In this document: piece by piece, positions 1 to 16,250 of the stretch
How positions within the stretch are numbered: position 1 is the stretch's first letter
Layout of the letters: each line of letters starts with the position of its first letter
Assembly: GCF_009914755.1 (NCBI RefSeq)
Contig: NC_060925.1
Reading direction: 5' to 3' (one strand)
DNA from: the human T2T-CHM13v2.0 reference genome, Homo sapiens
Length of the DNA stretch: 64,000 nucleotides
Notes under the pieces: model-generated
Told to the model about the DNA's origin: nothing
Database searches by the model: none
Seen by the model: the letters and a program-made list of their open reading frames with translations, nothing else
Program-made: the position numbers and the translations under genes

Positions 1-38
1 TCTGTATTTTCAGTAGAGATGGCGTTTCACCATGTTAG

Positions 39-531
<493 letters not shown>

Positions 532-579
532 TAATCATAGAGAAGACCTTCTGTTTTGTTCATCGTTTGTTTGTTTTGA

Positions 580-738
<159 letters not shown>

Positions 739-1572
739 TAGTAGAGACGGGGTTTCTCCATGTTGGTCAGGCTGGTCTTGAACTCCTGACCTCAGGTGAT
801 CCACTCGCCTTGGCCTCCCAAAGTGTTGAGATTACAGGTGTGAGCCACCGTGCCCGGCAAGAAAAGACCTTATTAAATATCACAGAAAAGCCCAAAACCA
901 TAAAAGAAAATGATGTTTGTATACAAAAAAATTGAACATTTTTTCCTGGTTAAAAAAAAAAACAAAAGGTGAGAATGATGGTTTACACCTGTAATTCCAG
1001 CACTTTGGGAGGCCGAGGTGGGCAGATTGCTTGAGCCCAGGAGTTTGAGACCAGCCTGGACAACATGATGAAACCCCATCTCTACAAACAATACAAAAAT
1101 TAGCTGGGCCTAGTGGTGTGTGCCTATAGTCCCAGCTACTTGGGAGGCTGAGGTGGGAGGATCGCTTGAGCCAGGAAATTGAGGCTGCAGTGAGCTGGAA
1201 CCACACCATTGCACTCCAGCCTGGGCAACAGAGCAAGACCCTGTCTCCAAAAAAAAAGGAAAAAGAAAAAAGAAATTCTTATACAAAGTCAAATAACAAT
1301 TGACTAACAGGAAAAGAAACATCGGAAACATATCACAGACAGCTAATTTCTTTTACACTTAAAGAGCTTCTACAAATCAATAAGGATAAAAGACCAATAA
1401 TTTAATGGAAAAATAAGCAAATGAGACCAAACACAGTGGCTCACGCCTGTAATCCCAGCACTCTGGGAGGCGGAGGGAGGCAGATCATGAGGTCAGGTGT
1501 TCGAGACCAGTCTGGCCAACATAGGGAAACGCCATCTCTACTAAAAATACAAAAAATTAGCTGGGAGTGTCA

Positions 1573-1785
<213 letters not shown>

Positions 1786-1847
1786 TTAAATATATAAGAG
1801 AACTCTCATCCACACTTATAAATGGAATGCACGTTGGAATACAATGA

Positions 1848-2147
<300 letters not shown>

Positions 2148-2296
2148 TGAACTCACAGGCTCAAGCAATCTGCACACCTCAGCCACCCGAAGTGCTAGGA
2201 TTGCAGGCGTAAGCCACTGCACCCAGCCGATGGTACAATTTCTATGAAGAGGGTATTTAGCAATATTTTTCTAAAAGTAAATGGTTATATACCCTT

Positions 2297-2722
2297 TGTT
2301 ATAGGCTGAATTGCATCCCCAAAAATTCGTATGTTCAGGTCCTATGCCCCAGTACCTCAGAATGTGACCTTATTCAGAAATAGGGTCATTGCAGATGTAA
2401 TTCATTCAGATGAGGTCATACAATATGACGAGTCCTTATGAGAACAAGAAATTTGGACATAGACATATACACAGGAAAAACACCATGTGAACATCAAGGT
2501 AAACATTGGGGTGATGTTTCTCCAAGCCAAAGAATGCCAACGAATGCCAGCAAACCACCAGAAGCCGTGGGAGAGGCATGGAACAGGTTCTTCCTTACAG
2601 CCCTCGGAAGGAACCAATTCTGCTGACATCTTGACCTTGGGTTCCCAGCCTCCAGAACTGAGACAATAGATTTGTTGCTTAAGCCACCCAGTTTGTACTT
2701 TGTGATGGCAGCCCTACCAAAT
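2297..2722 (+). mobile_element. MLT1 (MaLR) LTR
   Basis: TGTTATAGGCTGAATTG...CCTCAGAATGTGACCTTATT...GTGATGGCAGCCCTA signature. Confidence 0.75.
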
Positions 2723-3247
2723 CAACAAACTCTAACTCAGCAAGAGGAATTTACCCTGCTACGTATTTGCACAGTTGCAAAGTGATACACAGACGGAGGC
2801 ATACGTTGCAGTATTGTTTGTGATAGTAAAGACTGGAAAAAACCTAAATGTTTATCAGCCAAAAACTGCCTAAATAAACTATAGTACATCCTTCCAGTGG
2901 AATATTTTTCAGCTGTTAACAGTAACGAGAAGCTGGGTGTGGTGGCTCACGCCTGTAATCCTAACAGTTTGGGAGGCCAAGGCAGGAGGATCACTTGAGC
3001 CCAAAAGTTGGAGACCAGCCTGGGCAACATGGCGAAACCCTGTCTCAACAAAAAATACAAAAATTAGCCAGGGCTGGGAGCGGTGGCTTATGCCTGTAAT
3101 CCTAACACTTTGGAAGGCTGAGGCAAGTGGATCACTTGAGATCAGGCGTTCAAGACCAGCCTGGCCAATATGGTGAAATCCTGTCTTTACTAAAAATACA
3201 AAAATTAGCAGGGTGTGGTGGTGGGCACCTGTAATACCAGCTACTCA

Positions 3248-3346
<99 letters not shown>

Positions 3347-3989
3347 CTATCTAAAAAAAAAAAAAAAAAATTATTAGCTGGGCATGGTGGTGCATGCCTG
3401 TAGTCCCAGTTACTCGGGAGGCTGAGGTGGGAGAATGGCTTGAGCCTGGGAGGTTAGGCTGCAGTGAGCCAAGATCACACCACTGCACTCCAGCCTGGGC
3501 GACAGAAGACCCTATCTCAAAAAAAAAAAAAAAAAAAAAAAGAGTGGAATAAAACAAAATGTTTAATCAGTCAAAACCTGCCTAAATAAATTATGGTACA
3601 TTCTTCCAATGGAATGTTTGTCAGCTATTAACAGTAACGAGGCAGCTTAACATGTACTGATTGGAATTATCTCAAAGGTTTATTTTTAAGTGAGAAAAGC
3701 AAGGTGCAGCTGGTTATAGAAAGAGCTTCGTTTATATAAAAATAAAGAGCAACACCTCAGAAATAAGAACAAAAAAGGAAAAGAGAGAAAAAAATCTGGA
3801 GCAAGATATCCTCAGAAATAAGAAAAAGAAAGAAACAAAGCCAAATATATATGTGCAAACATTTGCTCCTGGACGCATAGATTCCATCTGAGAAGAGACA
3901 TAAGAAACTGCTAACTTTGCTTGTTCCTAGATAGCAGAGCCACTTCCCAGGACCAGGACCAGGGGAAAGGGATCCTGTTTCTACCATAA

Positions 3990-4455
<466 letters not shown>

Positions 4456-4566
4456 TGAAATGGGTTGTTTGAGGAGGTGATATCTTCTCTCTTATCTCTT
4501 CATTTAGAAACCAAGCACAAAGTTTGTTTTTAAAACAACTAAATAAATCACAAGAATGAAGTATAA

Positions 4567-4740
<174 letters not shown>

Positions 4741-5359
4741 TAGCTGGGATTACAGGCATGTGCCACGACGCCCAGCTAGTTTTTGTATTTTTAGTAGAGA
4801 TGGGGTTTCACCATGTTGGCCAGGCTGGTCTCAAACTCCTGACCTCAAGTGATCCACCTGCCTCAGGCTCCCAAAGTGCTGGGATTACAAGCGTGAGCCA
4901 CCACACCTGGCCTGAAAGTATATTTATTTTTGTAATTCATAGCATGTAGTTAAATTTCGATCTACAATAATAATTTCAGTAAACATTCAGTTCCCAAATC
5001 AAGCCTGACAACTTATTTTTAATTTATTTGTCTGTAAACCTTGCTTTTCCTCGTAAAATTTAATTCTTTCTTCCCTAAAACTCTCCTGACAGATATAAAT
5101 TCTATTAAACAGTAGGCATCCCTTTATTAAGTAGAAAATCATCAAAAGTAGCCTTTAAAAATAATGTATCTTTTTACATATACACTTTCTAATACAATCC
5201 TTGGGATCAGACTGATCTAAAATAAAATAAATTTTCTCAACATATCTTCTATAGCTTGTAAAAATGATGAAATGAATTTATTTTTAAAAAGGGTTTGTAA
5301 GGTCATTCATTGATTGCTGTGAAAATGATCTGAATGTCCAAACATTGAGAAAGGCAACC

Positions 5360-5476
5360 TAGGCCTGCCGTGTACAGTTGTGCAAGCTGTGAACTGCACA
5401 ACTCCAGAGGTGCCATACAGATCAGAATCCAAAATTGTTCAGTGCAACACCTGTGCAGCAAAACACATCAGCCCTG
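5360..5476 (+). mobile_element. MER91-like (hAT-Tip100) MITE
   Basis: GCCGTGTACAGTTGTGCA...TGCACAACT internal palindrome, CAGCCCTG terminus. Confidence 0.6.
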
Positions 5477-6118
5477 TGGCTGCTGAAAAGGTTAGGGAGC
5501 CATAGAAGGCTTTGGGGGCAGGAGAGGGTAGGTGTCAGAGCTGGGGTCACAGGGATTGTAAGGCCAGAAACCCATGCATGCAGCCTCCCATCTCTCTAGG
5601 TTGGCCTCCCTTTTGGAGGCTCTGGCAATAGAAATATCCTATTTTCTCTGAGCCTCATAACCTTGGTTTTCCTAAGGATGGGGGGAAGGACTTATCTCTC
5701 AAGGCCCATAATCACTTCTTTGGCCTGTACAAGGCAATGTCCTCTTTAATCACTTGTCCACTAAGAAGCAAGGCCAGGAAAGGTCCCCACCCTACCCCTA
5801 ATCTTTACTCCTGCTCTCATGGAAGCAGAAGTGGCTGGCATAAGGGGTGGGGTGGAGGGGCTGAACCCTAAATGGCATTCAGCACATGTGGCTCCTAGGA
5901 CCAGCTTCACCACTACCCTGCTGTAATCTTTGGCAAATCCTTAAGCCTCTCTGGGTTTCTACCTCCCTGTTTACAAAATAAAGACAAATATTAACATTCC
6001 TTCTCTGCCTCTTGGAAAGATAGGCAAGACAAGAGAGAAAACATGTAGTGATGATTTCACTGGGAATGCACAGAAATTCAAGCATTCTAATTACCATTAA
6101 ACATTAAGAATTAGGCTA

Positions 6119-6441
<323 letters not shown>

Positions 6442-7221
6442 TTAAGAATTAGTGGACTGTGGATCAGGAGGCCCTGCTAAGCAGCTGTAAAACCTTGAAC
6501 AAGTCTCATGACCTCTCTAGGTCTTATATTTGTCATGTGTGAGGTAGCTGAGCTTGAGCTGATTCAGCATTCTGCTGACCTTTTCACTATGAGTGTTTTA
6601 CTATTGCCAAACAGATCTCATATTTTCTAAGATTTTATCTCCTAAGCTGTATTTAGGTAATTATTATATACTTAGTAATTAAGTAATTATTATTACCATT
6701 AAAAGGGATATCTTTGGTTGTGACAGAACTTGTGGGCTTAGATAACCAACAAGCCTAGAACCAGGGGTAGCTTTAAGTAAGGCTTGATCCAGCAGCTGTT
6801 ACCAAGAACCTATTTTCTTTCAGTCTCTTGGCTCTGTCTCCTATGATGTGTCACAAGGTGGCTGCCAGAAGCTCCTGGCAATACTTGCTTTTCTCCTTTG
6901 TAATTAGCAAGAAGTAGCTGGTTTCCCAGTTAGCTCAAAGAAAAGACTCAGGATTGAGACCCATTCACTCTGGTTGGCCTGATTTGGGACCTATACCTTT
7001 TTCTGACCAATTGCTGTAGCCTGAAGGATGAAATATTCTGATTGGGCTGGGTGCAGCGGCTTATGCCTGTAATCCCAGGCACTTTGAGAGGCCGAGACAG
7101 CTGGATTGCCTGAGCTCAGGAGTTCAAGACCAGCCTGGGCAACATGGGGAAACCCCATCTCTACTAAAAATACAAAAAATGGCTGGCTGTGGTGGCATGC
7201 ACCTGTGATCCCAGCTACTCA

Positions 7222-7380
<159 letters not shown>

Positions 7381-7436
7381 TCACGCCTGTAATCCCAGCA
7401 CTTTGGGAGGCTCAGGCAGGTGGGATCATGAGATCA

Positions 7437-7841
<405 letters not shown>

Positions 7842-9086
7842 CTACGGCATGTTTATTGGCCAGTGGTATCTCTAACTGCCATCAGAACAGATGACCACCA
7901 TGTGAACTGTGCATTAGTGATCCCCATATCTTGTGAGGTGCTCACTATGACCACCCCATCTGTGGGTGGCCACACTGACCCCATGAGCTGACGTCAGCCC
8001 AGCCACTGCAAGCTCCTGACTCCGGTTAGATCTGCCCTGGTCGCAAGTTCATCTATGTTCAGCTTCTAGTTCCCCACTCCCATCTGAACCTTCACAGATG
8101 GCTCAGCTAGAGACCCTAGGTAAGCCTTGAGCTCCCTTCCAGCCGAGTTCCCCGTGACTGCTTTTTTCAGATGCAAGGGGAGGTCCACGAGCTGGACATG
8201 GTAAAGACGGTACAACAGACATGTACACAGCAAAACATAACTGGAACCACTTCAGCTCATGCGTGCATTGACTCAGCAAACATTTACCAACATCCGTCCC
8301 AGGTCCTGTGCTGGGAATGCAGAGGACAGTGAGACTCAGGGCCGTCCTCAAGGAGCCACAGTCAGGTGGGGAGACAATGGTGGCACAGACCATCCCAGTT
8401 CATTATGGAAACACAGCAAGGGAGGCACTTCCCCCTCCTAGGCCAGAAGGGATGAATGTCCACGTAGCAGCCTCAGCGGCAGGGCCACCTCAGCCCCATC
8501 TCCTACTCTCTAGGCTTCAGGAAAGGCTATGGGGGCTCTCCAGCAGCTCTGAGTTTATCACCAGAGTGGTGTCCCCAGTGCACATTAGGGAGTGTTCAAC
8601 CCCAAAACTGGGGACCCAACCCCTCTTCACATGCTAAGGGCTTTGCAGAATCTTCTCTGGCCCCTTTACTGCAATAGCTCTGGGGGCAGAAGTAGGGGGC
8701 AGAGACAGACTCAATCTTTTATCCACTTTCAGGCCATGCCTCTTCCTGGACCTTCAAAACTGGTGAGATTCACCTGGTAAGGGCGTGCACAGTGAGATCA
8801 AAGCAGAAATTTCCACTCTAAACTATTCTTTCCAACTAATACTTGGGATTCAGCCCTTCCTTTGAATTTAGCATTGCCCTAATCAGGTCCCCAAGTGAAT
8901 CAACAATACTTCAGAGCTGTGTGGGTCTGACCCACATCTCTGTGGCAAATGGGGCCAGAGATCCCGGGACAGAGAAAGCCTGGCTAGTCCCATTCTTGGC
9001 TCTGTCCAAATTAACTTGGCACGTGGCCGGGGGCAAGTCCCTTTCCTCTTTCTCTCCCAGTCTCCTCATCTATGAAACAAAATTCA

Positions 9087-9417
<331 letters not shown>

Positions 9418-9842
9418 CTATGAGACCTCCTAGCTCTAGCAGTCTGATTTGAGGGTTCAGAAACAGGGAGGAGGGGTAGCAGCATGGGGGTTGGTTGAGA
9501 GAGAAGAGAGACAGGAGCTGGCCAGGGCTCCATAGCCAAAAAGGCTGCAAGTTTGGACTTCAGATGCTATCTCCAGATAGGATTGTACTCAGTCACAGGA
9601 TGCAGACCAATAGAACTGAAAAGAGATGGGTGACCTATCACCAAAACACACCATCTGTAAGGCCCATAAAATTATATATATGGTAAATATATATATATAT
9701 ATCTTCTGAATTTTGGAATTAACTTTAGGTTTGCAGAAGAGTTGCGAAGATAGTACAGAGAGTTCCCGAATACCTGACCTCCAGTTTCAGTTTCCCCTAA
9801 CGTTATCTTACACCACCCTGGTACATTTCTCTTGGTAACTAA

Positions 9843-9877
<35 letters not shown>

Positions 9878-9899
9878 TATATATATAGTTACCAAATAA

Positions 9900-10193
<294 letters not shown>

Positions 10194-11712
10194 TAACTTC
10201 TGAATTTTGGAATTAACTTTAGGTTTACAGAAGAGTTGCAAAGATAGTACAGACAGTTCCAGAATACCCAACCTCCAGTTTCAGTTTCCCCTAATGTTAT
10301 CTTACACCACCCTGGTACATTTCTCAAAACTCAAAAATCCCACATTGGTCCATCATTAGTAACATAACTGCAGACCTTATTTGGATTTCACCAGCCTCTC
10401 TGTTCCTGCTCTCTCTGCTCCACGACATGACCTAGAGTGGCATCCTGCATCTAGGCAGCATGTCCGGTGTCCTCTGGTCCGTGGCTGTTGCTGTCTTTCT
10501 ATGCTTTTGATTTTTTCTTTTTCACAATGCTTTAATTATTTCTGTGCTTCTTACAACCTTGACAGTTTTGAGGAGTCCTAGTCAGGTATTTTGCAGAATG
10601 ACCTTTAATTTGGGTTTGTCTGACCTTTTTCTCCAGGGTTATGGAGTTTTAGAAAGAATATGACAGAGGTGAAGTATCCTTCTGGTCATATAGCATGGTG
10701 TGGAGGGGGCAGGGTTAGCTACATGATAGCCACTAGACTTATCACTGGTGATGTTAACCTTGAGCCCTTGGTTAAAGTGGTGTCTGCAGGTTTCTCCATT
10801 GTATAGTTACTATTCTTCTCTTTCCCTACTCTATTATTTAGAAGCAAGTCCTGAGTCCAGTGTACAGGAAAGGGAAGGGAAAGGAATAATTAAGCTCCAC
10901 CTCCTAGAGGAGAAACAATCTGCATTCATTATTGGAAATTCTTCTGTAAGGAAGACTTGCCTCTTCTCCCCCAGTAGGTTATTGATTCAACAATTTATTT
11001 ATATCAGGGCTGGGTATGGTGGCTCATGCCTTTAATCCCAGCACTTTGGGGGACCAAGGTGGAGGACTATTTCCGGCCAGGAGTTCAAGACCAGCTTGGG
11101 CAACATAGCGAGATCCCCATCTCTACAAAAAAAATTTTTTTAATTTGCCAGGCGTGGTGGTGCACAACTGTAGTCCTAGCTACTCAGGAGGCTGAAGCAG
11201 GAGGATCGTTTAAGCCCAGGAGTTCAAGGTTACAGTGAGCTATGATCACGGCACTGCACTCAAGCCTGGGCGACAGAGCAAGACCCTGGCTCTGAAAACA
11301 AAAAAATTATTTATATCAGTATAAATATTTATTTTATACTTTAGGTTATAATTCAATATTATCCTATTATTTATTCCCTTGCTCAGTTGCTCCAGCTTTG
11401 GCCACAGGGAGCTCTTCTGGCTCCTGGATCCCTTTGACGCACTCCCATCCTTTTGTGTTTTGAGCGCTTCCTAAATCCCTGGCACCACAGCACACTGCCG
11501 GCTCATCCTTTCCCTGTCCCAGCCCTAAAATCAGCCATCTCTCCAAGGAAATAATGTATTTTTAATACAAGTTCTCCAATTATCTTGTCAATAGTCCAAA
11601 TATATTGCACCGCATTTGAATGCATGATTTAAAAAAAAAAGAGTTAATTTGTTCAGTTACCGTTTAAAACATACATTGATTTTTGTAGCCCTGCTGTGAC
11701 ATGTCTTTTTGA

Positions 11713-12122
<410 letters not shown>

Positions 12123-12479
12123 TCACCTCAGCAGCCACTCCGTTAAGGCTTGAGGGCAGCCTGCCCAGCCTTTCTACAGAGGTAGCCCAGTTCCCGGGTC
12201 CTCCCCAGGCTGAGCTGCCCAGTGAAGCAACTGAAAGCCAAGGTCATTCCTGGGACCTTTCCCTCTCCAACCTCATCTCCCAACCCCCCACCACCCTCAG
12301 GCAGTGACCAGTCCACAAGCTTTGCAGACCCCACCTACGCTGGCTGGGCACAGGCAGATAGATGGTGGGAGGCCAGGCAGGCTCCAAGAAGGAAATTAGC
12401 CAGCCCAGCTGCCAAGACAGGCATACGAGAGGCAGAGGGGTTTGTGTGGGCTCGGCTTCAGAGAACTCCTGGGGATTAG

Positions 12480-12640
12480 GGCCAAAGTTTGCAAAATCCA
12501 GCTGTAAACGGAGCAGGGGTTCCCCAAAGAAGCCGTGGGTTCTGTAGAGGAGAGTCGGCTTCTTGGGAAGTAGCATGAGCCGGAAGACAGCGAGACTGTG
12601 GCTCTCTCTGGGAGGGCAGGGAGCAGCATGACTCATCGCC
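12480..12640. promoter_or_regulatory. Candidate upstream enhancer (-2.8 kb)
   Basis: kB GGGGTTCCCC 12516, STAT-like TTCTTGGGAA 12560, ETS CCGGAAG 12580, AP-1 ATGACTCAT 12628, within 150 bp of non-repeat DNA. Confidence 0.5.
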
Positions 12641-14244
12641 TAGTCCTGCTGGCTCCTACTGGCACAGGGCTGGGCAGCAGAGGGTCTGGGAGCAGGAGCA
12701 GAGTCTGGTCTTGTTGCAGCTCCAGAGGAGGTCTCAGGCTGGCAAAGACAATCTAACACGTTGGGACATAGGCAGGGTGTTGTGGGGACACTTAGGAGGG
12801 TACAACCAGCATCAAAGGAGTCTTGGCTGGCCTCACAGAGGAGGTGACATCATCCAAAAGATGAATGGAACTGGCTAGGAAGCAGCTGGGTGGGAGAGAG
12901 GGAAGGGCACTCCAAGCCAAGGAAGAAGCAGAGCAGAGGCCCGAAAGTGTCTGCAAGGCGCTAGCTGGTGCCTGCCACCCAGTGAGCACTCTATAAATGG
13001 GAGGCATTATCTCTATGATTGATTAGTATTGTCATTATCATTATTAACCTGGACACATCACTTAATGTTTTTACTATCTTAAAGGTAGTTGCTATAGCGA
13101 ATAAATGCTTAACATAACTGAGCTCTTCTCATCTGTAAAAGGGACTGTTGTGAGGTTAGGGGTGCCGCCGGCACCGCACTCAGCTGGAGTGACAGCAAGC
13201 ATGTGAGGTGCCCAGCATGGGATGTGAGCTGGCATGCAGCAGGGGGCCTTGTGTTTCCTCTCTCCTTGGGTTGCCAAGCCCCTGGAGCTGCTGTGCCTGG
13301 GGAGCAGAGAAGGGGACACTTTGGGGTCTTCAAAGATGACCAGGCAACAAAGCAGGAACACCGCTAGGTAAGAGCAAGCAAGCCCAGAGGAACAGCCTCA
13401 GGGTCCAGATAGAGACGTACACGCCTGCCTCCCTGGGGTCTTTGGTGGCCTCCCGAACAAGCAGGTGTGGATGGGGAGATGGACTGCCTTGGAGAGAGCT
13501 ACATGAGTTCCAGCTCCACCAGCCCCCAGAGCCTGAGCAGGTGACTTCACCTTTCTGAATCTCTGAACATCCATTTCCTCCACTGTACAATTTCATTAAG
13601 ATACATACAAGAATATCCAAAGCACAGTCTTTGTAATAGAAAAAAAATCCTAGAAACAACATCCAACAGCAGGTGACTGAATAAGTAACCAGTGGTATAT
13701 TCATAAAATGGGACACTATTCAGTAGTAAAATAAATTACAGGTATGCAGGCAATCAAAATGGATTTTTAAAAATATAATGCTGTATGAAAAAGGAAGTCA
13801 CATAATTATGGAATGACTCCGTTTACACAAAGTAAAAAATAGCAAAACTATACAATATCCCACTTAGGGATGCATACAGAGGTGGTAAAACTACAAGAAA
13901 AAGCAAGAGAATGACTAGCACAATTAAAGTTCAGGAAACTAGTTCTTCAGGATGTGGGCAGGAGGCTGTGATGGGGGCACCCAGAGGGCCTCAAGGTACT
14001 GGCACTGGTCTATTTTTTAAGTTAGGTGATGGATACATGGCTTTTTTATTATTACTATTATTCTTTAAGCTGTACATGTACAGTTGTGTCTATGGTGTCT
14101 TTTACAATAAACAAGTATTTATTATAACACTAGCACTTATAGGATACATGCCTATGATGAGGTAGAGAGAATGTAACAAAGGACTGGCACATAGTAAGCA
14201 CTGGTGGCATGCGGCTCTGTCCTCCAGCGTGTGGGCTCTGTGTT

Positions 14245-14296
14245 TTCTCTCTCTCTCTCTCACTCACACACACGCACGCACACACACACACACACA
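14245..14296. repeat. Compound (TC)n(CA)n microsatellite
   Basis: Directly visible. Confidence 0.9.
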
Positions 14297-15336
14297 TAGG
14301 AAGCCAGGCTCCCCTCTGCCCTCAGCCACTCGTGGTTCACAAAAATGGCAAATAATAGGAGCACTAGAATAGGAGCTCTCCATCCTGGTTCGAGTCTTTC
14401 CAGCTGGGGCAGTTTAGCCTTTGCAGAATTTCTCAAGGGTAACATCAGCATAATGACCTCTGTCTGTAAGCCCGTGAGTGTAAGCCTGTAAAGTGCTGTG
14501 CTCATGCGAGGGATCAGGTCTGACCTGGGAAACTAAAAGCATCTTCATGGAGCAAGGGTGCTCCTCCAGTGGGGGCGCTCAGTGAGTTCTGCGGTATGGG
14601 TGACAGTATTCTTGTGTGGACAGTATTCATGTGGTGATTGGGGTAAATGGCCCTCTTTTGCCTGGTTTTCTGCCTCGGTCATTGTGCATCTGCTGACTGA
14701 ACCTGCCTTTTGGTCCTAGTAAAGTACAGATTTCAGGAAAAGTGTACCTGGCCCCGGGGGTGGCCAACCTCTGTGTGACGGCTTTAAGCACAGTGTGTCT
14801 TGAGGGGGCCTGACTCCATCTGAAAAGTGCCTGTCTGGATGTACCTGTCTATAACCATGGACCTGCCTCCAAGGTGCGTGGACCAACCTCCGCGTACCTG
14901 ATTCACTCGATGCGCACCTGGCCGTACGTAGCTTCATCAGGCAGGGTGTACCTGTCAAGTTCTTAGGTCCGAGTGTTCGCGGCTTTACCTGTCCTGGTAC
15001 CGCCGTCCGCACCTCGGTCAGTGCGTCCCCGGCAGGTGCGTGTACCTGATTCAGTCCGTGCTTATCTTGCGCATACGGGCCGTTCAGTGTCCCGCTCGGA
15101 GCTCGTCGCCGCCGCAGCCTTGAGGCTCCGACCCCCGCTTGGGCCCCGTCCGGCGCGCAGCGGCCGCGGGGGCGGGGCCGCGACGCGAGGAGCGGAGCAG
15201 GAAGGGGCGAGGCAGCCCCGCCCCCGGGGCGGTCTCCCGGGACGGCCCCGCCCCTTGCCCGCTTCCGCGTCAGTGCCTCACCACCACCTGCCCGCGCGCC
15301 GCCCCATATAAAGGCGCCGCCGTCCTTGCCCCCAGG

Positions 15337-15383
15337 ACTCGGCCCCATGGAGACGCCGCCGGCCGCCGCTGGCGCATGGCGGG
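15337..15383 (+). other. ZC3H12A: ZC3H12A non-coding exon 1 (5'UTR; start approximate)
   Basis: Begins ~25-30 nt after TATAAA; donor GGG|GTGAGG at 15383/15384; contains uATGs at 15347 and 15376. Confidence 0.8.
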
Positions 15384-15461
15384 GTGAGGCGCGGCGGGGA
15401 GGGTGCGGGCCTCGGCGGGGAAGCGGCAGGGAGCGCTCCGGCGGGGTCCGAGCCGAGCCGA

Positions 15462-15520
15462 GGGGAGGGGACGGGAGGGGACGGGAGGGGTGGAGAGGGG
15501 AGGGGACGGGAGGGTCGGGG
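15462..15520 (+). repeat. G-rich (GGGAGGGGAC)-type repeat in ZC3H12A intron 1 with G-quadruplex potential
   Basis: More than 10 GGG/GGGG runs with 1-6-nt spacers. Confidence 0.75.
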
Positions 15521-16250
15521 TCCTGTTCCCCGGCCCGCCGGGCCTCAGGACCCCTCCAACTTTGCCCAAGTTGGGAGAGCCGGGGAAGAGAACCAGGTTC
15601 CTGATCGGGATCGCGGGCCGAGCAAGCGCGGGTCTCGGGCCGGGACAGCCTCGGCGTCACCAGCTCCCGGCAGCCAACCAAAGTTTTCCAGCAACTTTTC
15701 TCCCCACGGGTCACCCCAGAAACTTGCCCTCCCCGGCTCCGGGAGTCCGGCCATGGGCCTTGCGCTGCCTGGGCCTGAGCTCTGAGTGCCAGACGGGTGG
15801 GCGAAAGTGATGGCCTCAGTGGGGAAGCCTTGGGCCCCGCAACGCACTTCCAGCCCCAGGATTCCATCTGAGAGCCCCGTCCCTGCCTTCTGGGTCCCCT
15901 GGGTTGGCGTGGGGGTTCGAGGCTTTACAGCTGGGGTAGTTCCAGTCTTAGTTCAGACTAAGTTCCGATCTTCGAGCCACCAGCTAACAGCTGGATGACC
16001 TTGAGCACGTTTTTAATGTCTGTGCCTCAGTTTCTCCCTTTATAGAATGGGAATGGGAATGCCTAGCTGGGAGAGCTTTTGAGAGGACAACCTGAACTAA
16101 TAACACGATGCAGTGTGTAGTGCCACCAATCCCTCATCCTGCTGGATGTGGTTTTGGGAGGGAGGTTAGGAGAGAGCGCTATTCACCGTCCCTAACCCTG
16201 TTGGTTGTTCAGTAGGAGCTGTGGCGCGGGGCCTTCCAGGAGTCTGAGCT

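Larger units (their letters stand above)
14880..15900. promoter_or_regulatory. CpG island / bidirectional promoter of ZC3H12A (+) and LINC01137 (-)
   Basis: Dense CpG and very high GC; GC boxes (GGGGCGGGG ~15169, CCCCGCCCC ~15216 and ~15246); ETS core CTTCCG 15262-15267; TATAAA 15307-15312 inside CArG-like CCATATAAAGG 15304-15314. Confidence 0.9.

Noticed and set aside
7989-7996. Perfect CRE TGACGTCA (also at 41912-41919)
   Set aside because: Isolated 8-mers expected by chance in 64 kb, with no supporting context
14566-14579. CTCF-like CCAGTGGGGGCGCT upstream of ZC3H12A
   Set aside because: Mismatch at a core position; cannot be supported without ChIP data
14716-15867. 383-aa minus-strand ORF across the ZC3H12A promoter
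   Set aside because: Low-complexity R/P/G/A translation typical of stop-poor CpG islands; it starts upstream of the likely lncRNA TSS; no recognisable domain
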